This document shows positions 16,869 to 26,097 of a DNA stretch of 27,729 nt, piece after piece. Both the position numbers and the translations under genes were made by a program. Positions within the stretch are counted from its first letter, which is position 1, and each line of letters begins with the position of its first letter. The notes under the pieces were generated by a model that was given only the letters and a program-made list of their open reading frames with translations, was not told where the DNA came from and did no database searches. The DNA comes from an uncultured virus (IMG/VR IMGVR_UViG_3300030330_001255) (taxonomy: Duplodnaviria; Heunggongvirae; Uroviricota; Caudoviricetes): the IMG/VR virus record IMGVR_UViG_3300030330_001255, one strand, 5' to 3'.

Positions 16869-18670
16869 TGTCAGAACTAAGATACGGAACTAAAGAATAT
16901 TTTAAAAAATCTTTAGATGGAATGAATTTAGACGAGTATATAGAATATCCAGAATATTTATCTCCTTTTACGGTTGGCTTGATAGAAGACCGTCTAAAAG
17001 ATCTTGCAGATGCTGGAGGTGATATAACACCGTATGTAAAAAAGTATGAAAAAATTAAAGAAAAAAATACAGAGTATTTTCAAAGTTTAAGTGAAGAAGA
17101 TCAAAAAGAATACATACAAAGAGGCAAAGATCAATTACAAGGAGATCTAGAAATGGGAATATTTCCAGGTCAACGTGAATTAGGTATAGAAAATGTGCCT
17201 ATGGAAACAGATTTAGGAGTAATAATTCCTGCTCCTGAAAAAGATATATTTGATATAGAAGGATTTAAAGATAATTATGGATACAGAACAGATGTAGCAA
17301 CTGGTGGTTTAATTAAACGTGTAGGACTTAAAGGAGGTAGAGATGCTGCTCAATCTGATTTTAGTCCAGGGCCAGGTGCAGTAACTTCAGATGCAGGATT
17401 TGAAAATGATAGCCCATCGCAAGTTACATCAATAAATATAGCAGATAAACCAGTATTCGATATTAAAAAGACTGGTGATCCTTCTTTAAATCCTAAATCA
17501 AAAAATCAAAGAGATGACGATAGATTTTCTGGATATAGTCCTTCTTTTATTAAAGATAGTATTTTTAAAACAGCGGGTAAAAAATTTAAAGGTTTTATGG
17601 GTTTTGCAAAACCAATAATTACAACAATTGCTATGGCTAATCTACCTATTCCTACAAAAGTAAAACAAGGAATTGGCTTATTTAGAACATTAAAAGCAAT
17701 ACCAGAAATTGCTGAACAAGCTATAGAAGACGATTTAGAAAACACAATGAGCACAGTTACTGGAGGAATTAATCCTCAATATAAGGGTTTAACTTTAAAC
17801 GATAATAGAGAAAATTTTAGATTCGGTAGCCGTGGTTATCAAGGTAGTAGAGCAAGTGGGGTGCAAAGACCAGGTTTTAGTGCTCCTTCTAAACAAGGTC
17901 AAAGTCCAAGAGGATCTTCATCTAGTAGACCAAAAACCACAACTAAAAAAAGTAAGGGTGGTGGTGGAGGATCCACTATAACTCAAACAGTAAAAGCATT
18001 AACAAATGTTCCAATTCAATTTGGAAAGGCTTTTGTAGGTAATCTTAAAAGTCCAGGTTCAAAAGTAAGAGCCAAACTAACTGCTGCACAATTAACTAGA
18101 TTAAATGATATTATAGAAGGTAAAGGAACTCCATCAGGACAATTTGATTATAGTGATTATGGTAGCCCTACTAAAACATTTAGTGGTATTGGAGGTATGA
18201 GTCCTTTGGATGCTTCTTTAGCCACCACTATTGGAGCAGGAAGATTTACTACAGATCCAAAAACAGGTAAAGTTAATATTACGGGTGATACTTATGATTT
18301 TACACCAGGAGCTAGCTCTATTACTGATTTTATAAATAGAGGAGGAATTGCTGGCACTCAACCCGTGCAGGCTATTTTTAACTTTGGTCAAAAATTAGGT
18401 GAAAGAATAAATCAAAAGGATGGCACAAACCCTAAAGAAATACCTATACGAAGCAATAAATATGGTGTAAAAGAGTTAGATTACAGGAAATCTGGAGGCT
18501 TTGTACCGATTGGTATAAAAGAAAAAGCAGATGACGTCCCTGCCATGTTATCTAAAAATGAATTTGTCTTTACAGCTGACGCTGTCAGAGGCGCAGGAAA
18601 TGGTAGCATCAACAAAGGCGCACAGAGAATGTATAATTTAATGAAAAATTTGGAGGCTAGAAAAGCATAA
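16868..18670 (+). CDS. Putative internal virion protein 2 with C-terminal DDVPAMLSKNEFV domain, 600 aa
   Basis: TAATG-coupled on both sides; C-terminal GGFVPIG.KEKADDVPAMLSKNEFVFTADAV motif recalled from phage virion proteins. Confidence 0.6.
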   Translation: MSELRYGTKEYFKKSLDGMNLDEYIEYPEYLSPFTVGLIEDRLKDLADAGGDITPYVKKYEKIKEKNTEYFQSLSEEDQKEYIQRGKDQLQGDLEMGIFPGQRELGIENVPMETDLGVIIPAPEKDIFDIEGFKDNYGYRTDVATGGLIKRVGLKGGRDAAQSDFSPGPGAVTSDAGFENDSPSQVTSINIADKPVFDIKKTGDPSLNPKSKNQRDDDRFSGYSPSFIKDSIFKTAGKKFKGFMGFAKPIITTIAMANLPIPTKVKQGIGLFRTLKAIPEIAEQAIEDDLENTMSTVTGGINPQYKGLTLNDNRENFRFGSRGYQGSRASGVQRPGFSAPSKQGQSPRGSSSSRPKTTTKKSKGGGGGSTITQTVKALTNVPIQFGKAFVGNLKSPGSKVRAKLTAAQLTRLNDIIEGKGTPSGQFDYSDYGSPTKTFSGIGGMSPLDASLATTIGAGRFTTDPKTGKVNITGDTYDFTPGASSITDFINRGGIAGTQPVQAIFNFGQKLGERINQKDGTNPKEIPIRSNKYGVKELDYRKSGGFVPIGIKEKADDVPAMLSKNEFVFTADAVRGAGNGSINKGAQRMYNLMKNLEARKA

Positions 18671-19530
18671 TGTCTACAACTACACAGATAACTAGACCAT
18701 CACCTTACGTAGAAGCATTTGGTAAATCACTTACAGAACAGGTTCTAAAACAAATAGGTAAACCTATAGATACTAGTAAATTTGCACCACAAATAGTTGA
18801 TGTAGATCCTTTTACACAACAAGCCATACAAAGAAGAGCAACAGCTGCTGGTCTTGGTCAAGTAACATTTGATCCTAAAACAGGTGCTGCAACAGGAGTT
18901 GGTGCTGGTACGGGGATCGCGGCTTATCAACCGTTTATGGATAAAGCCCAAGAAATGACAGGGCCTGATGCTTACAAACAGTTTTTATCACCATATCAAC
19001 AAGAAGTAATAGACAAAACATTAGAAGGTTTTGATAGACAACAATCAATACAAAGAGGTCAAATAGGACAAGCTGCTATTGAATCAGGTGCCTTTGGCGG
19101 CGGTAGAGAAGGCGTTGCGTTAGGTGAGTTTGATAAAGAATCTTTATTTCAAAGAGCAGCTTTAGAAGCAGGTTTAAGACAATCAAATTTTCAACAAGCA
19201 CAGGCTTTAGCATCACAAGGTTTTGAACAACAAACAAATTTAGCTCAAATGGTTCCAGGTTTAGAATCAGCAACAGCTGCAGAAATAGGTAGATTAGGTG
19301 CTGAAGGTTTTGCATTTAGACAAGCAATTCAAGATGCAGAGGCAGATGCTGCAAGAACAGCAGCTTTTGAACCTTTCCAAAGATTAGGTTTTGCACAAGA
19401 CGTTTTATCTGCACAATATGGTGGTGGATATGGAACAAGATTTCAAGAACAACCACAACAAAGTCCTTTACAACAGGCTTTAGGAGCAGGTATTGCTAGT
19501 GCAGGTATTATAGGAGCACTAAGAGGATAA
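18670..19530 (+). CDS. Putative DNA pilot / ejection protein, 286 aa
   Basis: Gln/Ala-rich helical composition, SPYQQEVID and GAFGGGR motifs, Gly/Ala-rich hydrophobic C-terminus. Confidence 0.65.
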   Translation: MSTTTQITRPSPYVEAFGKSLTEQVLKQIGKPIDTSKFAPQIVDVDPFTQQAIQRRATAAGLGQVTFDPKTGAATGVGAGTGIAAYQPFMDKAQEMTGPDAYKQFLSPYQQEVIDKTLEGFDRQQSIQRGQIGQAAIESGAFGGGREGVALGEFDKESLFQRAALEAGLRQSNFQQAQALASQGFEQQTNLAQMVPGLESATAAEIGRLGAEGFAFRQAIQDAEADAARTAAFEPFQRLGFAQDVLSAQYGGGYGTRFQEQPQQSPLQQALGAGIASAGIIGALRG

Positions 19531-21023
19531 TGTTTTTTAAAAGACCCAGTTTCAAATACGGCGGTCAAGCCGAAGGTATAAAGCAAACAGTTAGAAAAAA
19601 CTTTAATGCTGGCACTAATCCTAATAGAACGGGTAGTGCTTTTGTTCAAGACTCTCTTAAATCTAATATATTTGAATCACAAGCACCTACTAATTTTAAT
19701 GTTATGAACCAAGGTATAGCAAAAGGTTTACAAATGCGACCTAACGCTGCCATAAGTGCAGGTGGTATGGATACTACTTTTTTAAATAATTTACTTAAAA
19801 AAAGTAAAACAGTCCCTGCATCAGAAACAGGAGATGCTTCTATTGCAGAACAAATTGCACTAGAAACGACTCCAAAAATAGAAAAGCAAAGAGTTACATC
19901 TGCAGACGTTCAATCAGGTAAAGCAGAACCTCCTGGTTTGGGTGGTTTTAAATTTAAAAGACCAATTCAAAAAGAAGATTTTTTAGGTGATACTAGTAAA
20001 AAATTAATTGAAGAAAATAAATTAAAAAGAAAAAAAGAAACACAGGCAATTATTGACAAAAGAGCAGAACAAAAAAACGTTGCTGAATTTGATACATCAA
20101 AAGTACCTAATCAAAATTTAATAGACACAGAAAAATCTGCTAAAGATGATTTTGAAGCAGCTGATAACTTAGCTGCAAAAAATTTAAGCCTTAATCCTAA
20201 TAACATATTAGATGAAAATGAAAAACAAAGTGCTTTAACAGGTAAAGATATACCTATGTATGAAAAATTTTTAGGCCCTAAAGAGGCAGAGATAAAAAGA
20301 AAAGCGTATTTAGCTGCAGCTAAATTTGGAGTTAGATTAATAAACATGGATGCACCAGCAGCAATAGAAGCTGGAATAGTAGATGCTGAAAAACTATTAA
20401 AAGAAAAATCAGATCTAACAAGAATAGCTAGTTTAAAAGGATTAGAGTTTGAAAAAGATATGATGATTCAACAAATGAAATTAGATGCAGCTGCTTTAAG
20501 AAAAGATCCTACCAAATTAGAACAAACAATACAATTTTACACTAGACAATATAAAAAAATATATGGCAATAAAATTTCAGATGCAGAAGCAAGATCAGCT
20601 GCAGAAAGTTTTGTAGGAACTTATGGCGGAAGTATGACAAAAGGATTTATAGATGCAGCTAAAGAGAACGCTGCTATATTAGCAAGAAATGCAGGTCTAC
20701 CTGATGCTATAGGTAAAGATGCACAGATATTTAATAAAGTAGGATACGCAATCGCTACAGATGCTAGAAATAAATTAAACGCTGCTAACATGTTTGCTAT
20801 TCCAACTAAAATGGTAAAAGATAAGGAAACTAAAAAGAAAGAGCCACAGCCTGATTTTAACGATTTTGCTTTTGTACCAAATGCATATTACTATAATCAA
20901 GATGGTGACATTTTTCAATATGTTGGAGACACAACAATAACAACTCAAGAAACTTATAATAAAGCAAAAGAAGAAAATAAATTTATATTTTACTCACCAA
21001 CAACACCTGTAAATCCAACATAG
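19530..21023 (+). CDS. Putative internal virion / ejection protein, 497 aa
   Basis: TAATG coupling with GAGG upstream; Lys/Glu/Ala-rich helical composition; lies between the pilot and large ejection genes. Confidence 0.55.
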   Translation: MFFKRPSFKYGGQAEGIKQTVRKNFNAGTNPNRTGSAFVQDSLKSNIFESQAPTNFNVMNQGIAKGLQMRPNAAISAGGMDTTFLNNLLKKSKTVPASETGDASIAEQIALETTPKIEKQRVTSADVQSGKAEPPGLGGFKFKRPIQKEDFLGDTSKKLIEENKLKRKKETQAIIDKRAEQKNVAEFDTSKVPNQNLIDTEKSAKDDFEAADNLAAKNLSLNPNNILDENEKQSALTGKDIPMYEKFLGPKEAEIKRKAYLAAAKFGVRLINMDAPAAIEAGIVDAEKLLKEKSDLTRIASLKGLEFEKDMMIQQMKLDAAALRKDPTKLEQTIQFYTRQYKKIYGNKISDAEARSAAESFVGTYGGSMTKGFIDAAKENAAILARNAGLPDAIGKDAQIFNKVGYAIATDARNKLNAANMFAIPTKMVKDKETKKKEPQPDFNDFAFVPNAYYYNQDGDIFQYVGDTTITTQETYNKAKEENKFIFYSPTTPVNPT

Positions 21024-21027
21024 GAGG
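21022..21027 (+). promoter_or_regulatory. Shine-Dalgarno AGGAGG overlapping the upstream TAG stop
   Basis: acaTAGGAGGtttaaATG; similar stop/SD overlaps occur at about 323, 12118 and 12846. Confidence 0.8.
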
Positions 21028-21032
21028 TTTAA

Positions 21033-24000
21033 ATGGGAGTCAATCCATTAGTATCAAGATCAATAGTTTCAGGTTCAGATATAAATAATCCTCCTTTTAA
21101 TGAAGCAGAAAAAGATAATGAAATAGCAACGTGGGAGTCTGTTTTATCTGGTATCGGTTCTGGTTTAATTAAAGCTGTTGGTAATACAGTGTCATTAGGT
21201 GCAGAACTAATAGATCTTGGTGCTGACACAAATACAGCAGCACAAGTAGAAGCGTATTTTGAGAAGATAAATCCTTTTGACGAAGCAGCAGAGGCAACAA
21301 CTGCAGGTAAAGTAACCGAAGTATTATCTCAATTAGCAATACCTGGAACAGCGGGTTTTAAATTAGCGAGTGCAGGGGTCAAAGGTTCGAAGATGGCTAG
21401 TAAAGCTATTAAAGCAAAAAAGAATAATAAGTATTTAGAAAGAAACAATGGTCTAAAAGGTTTAGAAGAATTAAAAAAAGCAGAAAAATTTTATAATAAA
21501 AAAAGATTTGTTGCTGGTATAGCTGGAGGAACAGCAGCAGAAATAGCTGTGTTTGATGAGGATGTAGGAACTTTTGGTACAACCTTTGATTTTGGACTTA
21601 CTAGATTAAGTGACGATGATAGTTTAGAGGGTAGAGCAGATGCTTTTCAATCCTTAATTAATAGAGGTAAGTTTGGTTTAGAAAGTATACTGCTAACTGG
21701 TGTTATAGCTGGAGTAGGAACAACTGGTAAACTTTTAGCAAATCACGGTAAAGAGTTATATCTATCTAACAATCGAATATTTCAATTTATTGATAACTAT
21801 ATAGGAAGTCCTTTAAGAGCCAGAGAAAAATTATCACCAGAGGCATTTGAATTAAAAAGACAAGCTATAGGTCAAGCGTCTAAAACTAGAAGAGAAGCCA
21901 CACGTGCTGTTAATAATTTAAATGCAAGTATTAATAGTATGTTTGGTAAGTTTAGATTTAGTTTGTCTGAAGCAGAAAAAACACAAAGAGATAAAATAAT
22001 GAAACAAGTTGGCAGAGTTGTTATGTCAGGTGAATCCAAATTAGTTCCTGATTTTTCACGAGCTACTTTAAATAATGAGGGAAAAAGAATATTAAAAGAT
22101 GTTAACTCTGTAAAGACACCTTTAGATTCTCCTGCTTTTACTGAACGTGAATTTATAAAAGCAGTTGAAAATGGACAATACCCTAATATAAATTTAAAAA
22201 GAATTGTTAAAGGAGTAAGATCAGGCAGACTAGATTTTGGAGGAACACTTAAAAATCCATTAAAAGGTTTTGATGAAAAAGAAGTAAGTAAATTAAAAAA
22301 TTTATTGCGTAACACATCGGGATCGAAAGACTTTGATAGGCTATATCAAAGTATGTATTATACTAGATTAGTTGCAGATGATGTTAGAAACACTTTTTAT
22401 AATACTGATTTAGTTCAAAAAGCAGCAGGTAAACAATATAAACAGTTAGTAGAAAATAAAATAGGATCTTTTTTTGAAACTGCGTTTCCATTAATAGAGA
22501 CAAAAAGTTTAGCTAGATTTTTACAATATAAACCGTCTAGAGATACAATTAAATCAGTAAGGGATGAATTAATAAAAGTTAGTAGAGCAAATCCAAATTT
22601 AAAAAGAGATTATGGTGGAAATGGAATGACACCTGAACAAGCAGAATCTATATTAGATCAAATTATAAAAGCAAATGAGATAAAATTAGGTAGATTTACT
22701 ACTAAAGAGGGATTAGAAGGAGTTGAAAAAGTTTTAGAAACTTTTGGACGAGCTACAAAAAAACAAATAGAGGACGCTAAAGGTTTAAAAGATGTTTTAG
22801 GAACTAGAAAAATTAGACCTTTTGAAGATGCAGAAGCATTATTAGTTGATTTCACAGCTCCTACACAATTATCAAAAGCAACATTACAAAAAGAATTTTT
22901 TGGTAATAAAAATTTAAGAAAGATATTAGGAGACGAAGGTGACATAAGAATTAGATTTTTTAATACAGTAGAAACTCTTACAAATTATAATACTAAATTA
23001 AATTTAGGTAGATCTGTCGTTAATGCTATAAAAAATGCAGAAGCAGCATTTGGTGTTGGATCAGCAACTGGAGTTGTTAGAGCAGCTAATATTAAGCCAG
23101 GATCTGCGGCTGATAGAAATTTACCGATAGGTTTTAGTAACGTTGATACAGCAAGAGCAATATTAGGAGAAGTTCCTGGTGTTGATTTTTATAGAAAAGT
23201 TAATATGAAAGATCCAAAAATATTTGAAGCGTTTGGAGAACAAGCTGCCTCAACTAAATTTAATCCTTTTGATAAAATGGTATTTCATCCTAAAGTAGCA
23301 GAGGCTTTAGAAGGCACAACTGCTTGGTATATGGGAGATAAACCTTTATTAAAATTCTATAGAAATTTAATGTTATTTCCAAAAGCAACATCACAGGTTG
23401 CTAAAACTGTTTTATCTCCTGTAACTCACATGAGAAATTTAATTAGTGCAGGATCATTTGCTACAGCAAATGGTGTACTACCGATAATTCCAGTTAGACC
23501 TGGTGATTATGCAATATTTGGAAGAGCTGTTAAAGATTCTTTTAATGCCTTATCGAGAAAAAATGTTTTAAGAGATCCCAAAGCAGCACAAAATGCATAT
23601 GATGAATTATTAGAATTAGGTGTTGTTAACTCAAATTTAAGACTTGGTGATGTTACAGGTTTGTTAGAAGACACTGGAATACTTCAGGGTAGAATGTTAA
23701 CGGATCAGGCTTTCTCTAGAGTGTTAAATCCATTTAAAAAATTCTATAAAAAAGCAGAAGATGCTTATGTTGCAGAAGATGATTTTTGGAAAATAATTAA
23801 TTTTAGTTCTGAAAAAGCTAAGTTAATGAAAGCGTATGGAGGTAAGATGCCTCAATTTAGAAATCCATTTACAGGTGCAACAGAAACATTAAATCAAAGA
23901 GCAGCTAGAATCGTCAGAAATACTGTGCCTAACTATGATTATGTATCTGGATTTATTAAAAATTTAAGAGGCTTGCCTTTTGGTAACTTTGTATCTTTTC

Positions 24001-25400
24001 CTGCAGAAATAATTAGAACTGGTTTTAATATTGTAAAACAAAGCATAGATGAAATGGTAAATCCTGCAACAGGTAAAATATCTGTAGACTCACCTACGTT
24101 TAGTATTGGTTTAAATAGAGCAATAAATTCATTTATGACATTTGCAGGTGTGCCATATGGACTGTATGAAGGTATGAAAGCATTACATGATGTGTCAGAA
24201 GATGAAATGAAAGCATTAAGAAAAATAGTGCCTTCATGGTCTAAAAATTCTGTTCTTTTACCCATGGGTAGAAATGATAAAGGACATTTACAATATATAG
24301 ATTTTAGTCACGCAAATGCATATGACACTTTAATTAGACCAGTTCAAACTGTAATAAATTCAGTTACTCAAGGTGAACAAGACGCTGAAAAACTAACGTC
24401 CTCTTTATTACGTGGTTCGGTAGAATCAGCTTTTGAAACAATGCAGCCATTTGTAAGTGAATCTATATTCTTTGAAGCATTTAATGATATTTTATCTAGA
24501 GGAGGTGTGAGTAAAACAGGAAAAAGAGTTTTTGATCTTGATGAAAGCGTGGGAGATAAAATCTATAAATCTATGTTACACATAGCACAAACACAAATAC
24601 CAGGTAGTGGCCCACAATTATTAAGATTACTTCGTACACAAGCAGATGAAGAAAGTGATATTATAAAACAGTTTGATAAGTATGGTCAAGATTACATGTT
24701 TAATAATGAAATATTTGGATTGTTTGGGTATAGAGTTGTAGAATCAAATCCTGATAGATCAGTTCCTTATTTCGTAACTGCCTATAGAAAAACAGTTGAT
24801 AGAACTAAAGGCCCACTTAATAGTTTAATTTATAGAGGTGGTGAAGTTTCACCTCTAGATCTAACCGAAGCGATGATAGAATCCAACAAAAGAAAATATC
24901 AATTAGACAAGAAATTTTATCAACAAATACTAGCTCTTAGAGAATTAGGAGTTGATGAAAGAATATTACAAAAACAAATAAATAGAATTAGGGGTAGAAC
25001 ACAAAGATCTAGCATACTAACTGGTAAATTTGTACCTATTAGACTATCTTCTCAAGATATAAATGTAATAACTACTACAGCCAGAGAAAAAGGATTTGAT
25101 AATCCTTTACCAACTTCTTTAAGATCAATAAATAAATTTATTTCAGATGTATCAAATATACCTTTAAATTTAGAAAGTCTAGAGGCAGAAACAGAAGTAG
25201 ATGATTTATTGGATGATATAAAAGATAGAACAAAAGGACAAAGTTCTTTTATACCTGATATATTTAAACAAGATTTAAATACTTCAATGCCTACAAATAT
25301 AGGTACAAGAACACAAAATATCAATCCATTATCAGGGTTGACACGAACTCAAGAACTTTTATTATCACCAGAGGAGAAGCTAATTGCAGCTAGAAAATAA
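21033..25400 (+). CDS. Large internal virion / DNA ejection protein, 1455 aa
   Basis: AGGAGG RBS; N-terminal Gly/Ala hydrophobic segments; AARIVRNTVPNY...LPFGNFVSFPAEIIR motif; last structural gene before lysis genes as in podoviruses. Confidence 0.7.
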   Translation: MGVNPLVSRSIVSGSDINNPPFNEAEKDNEIATWESVLSGIGSGLIKAVGNTVSLGAELIDLGADTNTAAQVEAYFEKINPFDEAAEATTAGKVTEVLSQLAIPGTAGFKLASAGVKGSKMASKAIKAKKNNKYLERNNGLKGLEELKKAEKFYNKKRFVAGIAGGTAAEIAVFDEDVGTFGTTFDFGLTRLSDDDSLEGRADAFQSLINRGKFGLESILLTGVIAGVGTTGKLLANHGKELYLSNNRIFQFIDNYIGSPLRAREKLSPEAFELKRQAIGQASKTRREATRAVNNLNASINSMFGKFRFSLSEAEKTQRDKIMKQVGRVVMSGESKLVPDFSRATLNNEGKRILKDVNSVKTPLDSPAFTEREFIKAVENGQYPNINLKRIVKGVRSGRLDFGGTLKNPLKGFDEKEVSKLKNLLRNTSGSKDFDRLYQSMYYTRLVADDVRNTFYNTDLVQKAAGKQYKQLVENKIGSFFETAFPLIETKSLARFLQYKPSRDTIKSVRDELIKVSRANPNLKRDYGGNGMTPEQAESILDQIIKANEIKLGRFTTKEGLEGVEKVLETFGRATKKQIEDAKGLKDVLGTRKIRPFEDAEALLVDFTAPTQLSKATLQKEFFGNKNLRKILGDEGDIRIRFFNTVETLTNYNTKLNLGRSVVNAIKNAEAAFGVGSATGVVRAANIKPGSAADRNLPIGFSNVDTARAILGEVPGVDFYRKVNMKDPKIFEAFGEQAASTKFNPFDKMVFHPKVAEALEGTTAWYMGDKPLLKFYRNLMLFPKATSQVAKTVLSPVTHMRNLISAGSFATANGVLPIIPVRPGDYAIFGRAVKDSFNALSRKNVLRDPKAAQNAYDELLELGVVNSNLRLGDVTGLLEDTGILQGRMLTDQAFSRVLNPFKKFYKKAEDAYVAEDDFWKIINFSSEKAKLMKAYGGKMPQFRNPFTGATETLNQRAARIVRNTVPNYDYVSGFIKNLRGLPFGNFVSFPAEIIRTGFNIVKQSIDEMVNPATGKISVDSPTFSIGLNRAINSFMTFAGVPYGLYEGMKALHDVSEDEMKALRKIVPSWSKNSVLLPMGRNDKGHLQYIDFSHANAYDTLIRPVQTVINSVTQGEQDAEKLTSSLLRGSVESAFETMQPFVSESIFFEAFNDILSRGGVSKTGKRVFDLDESVGDKIYKSMLHIAQTQIPGSGPQLLRLLRTQADEESDIIKQFDKYGQDYMFNNEIFGLFGYRVVESNPDRSVPYFVTAYRKTVDRTKGPLNSLIYRGGEVSPLDLTEAMIESNKRKYQLDKKFYQQILALRELGVDERILQKQINRIRGRTQRSSILTGKFVPIRLSSQDINVITTTAREKGFDNPLPTSLRSINKFISDVSNIPLNLESLEAETEVDDLLDDIKDRTKGQSSFIPDIFKQDLNTSMPTNIGTRTQNINPLSGLTRTQELLLSPEEKLIAARK

Positions 25401-25402
25401 TT

Positions 25403-25621
25403 ATGGCAATAGACCCGAAAACAACTAGAGAACACATCTTAGCACTGTATGGTTATATAACAGGTGTAAGAAAAGATATTACTCAAATAAAAAATAATCA
25501 TCTCAAACACATACATGCAGACGTCGAGAAGTTGGGTGGTAAAATAGACAAGATCTATTGGGTTCTCTTAGCAGCTGCGGGATCTGCTGCACTATTTGCA
25601 TTAGGATTATTATTTAAATAA
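25403..25621 (+). CDS. Putative holin-like membrane protein (coiled coil plus one C-terminal TM helix), 72 aa
   Basis: Hydrophobic IYWVLLAAAGSAALFALGLLF segment; TAATG-coupled to the endolysin gene. Confidence 0.55.
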   Translation: MAIDPKTTREHILALYGYITGVRKDITQIKNNHLKHIHADVEKLGGKIDKIYWVLLAAAGSAALFALGLLFK

Positions 25622-26097
25622 TGAAACTCACACGTAACTTTAGCCTTTCAGAGCTTATTAAATCAGACACAGCAATTAGGTTGGGTATAGATAATAACCC
25701 AAACGCTGATCAAATGGAAAAATTAAAATTATTATGCGAAAATATTTTGCAGCCAGTACGTGATCATTTCGGCAGAGTCACGGTGACGAGCTGCTTTCGT
25801 TCACCAGAGCTGTGTGTAAAAATAGGTAGCAGTTTAAATTCGCAACATACCAAAGCTGAAGCGGTCGACTTCGAATGTCTAGGCACAAGCAACGCTGAAG
25901 TCTTTGATTGGATCAAAGCAAACCTAGAGTGGGATCAAATGATCTTAGAGTTCTTCACTCCAGGTGAACCTAACAGCGGATGGATCCACTGCTCTTGGGT
26001 AGCGGAAAATCCTCGTAAACAATTATTAAGAGCATACAAAGAAGACGGTAAAACAAAATACAAACCTGTCATAGGTAATGCTGTAGATCTAGTCTAA
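25621..26097 (+). CDS. Endolysin, peptidase M15 family zinc peptidase, 158 aa
   Basis: MKLTRNFSLSEL start, TSCFRS, SQHTKAEAVD (SxHxxxxAxD) and WIHCS supply His/Asp/His zinc ligands. Confidence 0.88.
   Translation: MKLTRNFSLSELIKSDTAIRLGIDNNPNADQMEKLKLLCENILQPVRDHFGRVTVTSCFRSPELCVKIGSSLNSQHTKAEAVDFECLGTSNAEVFDWIKANLEWDQMILEFFTPGEPNSGWIHCSWVAENPRKQLLRAYKEDGKTKYKPVIGNAVDLV

Noticed and set aside
525..25324. Many minus-strand ORFs of 60-189 aa inside + strand genes (e.g. 8082-8651, 16355-16735, 21872-22315), plus + strand 6750-6944 and 26149-26331
   Set aside because: They overlap well-supported genes, show no recognisable motifs, and are expected shadows of biased codon usage.
25850..25870. 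Inactive endolysin because Ala replaces the usual Gly in SxHxxGxAxD
   Set aside because: The His, Asp and downstream His zinc ligands and the upstream Arg are retained, and the substitution is conservative.
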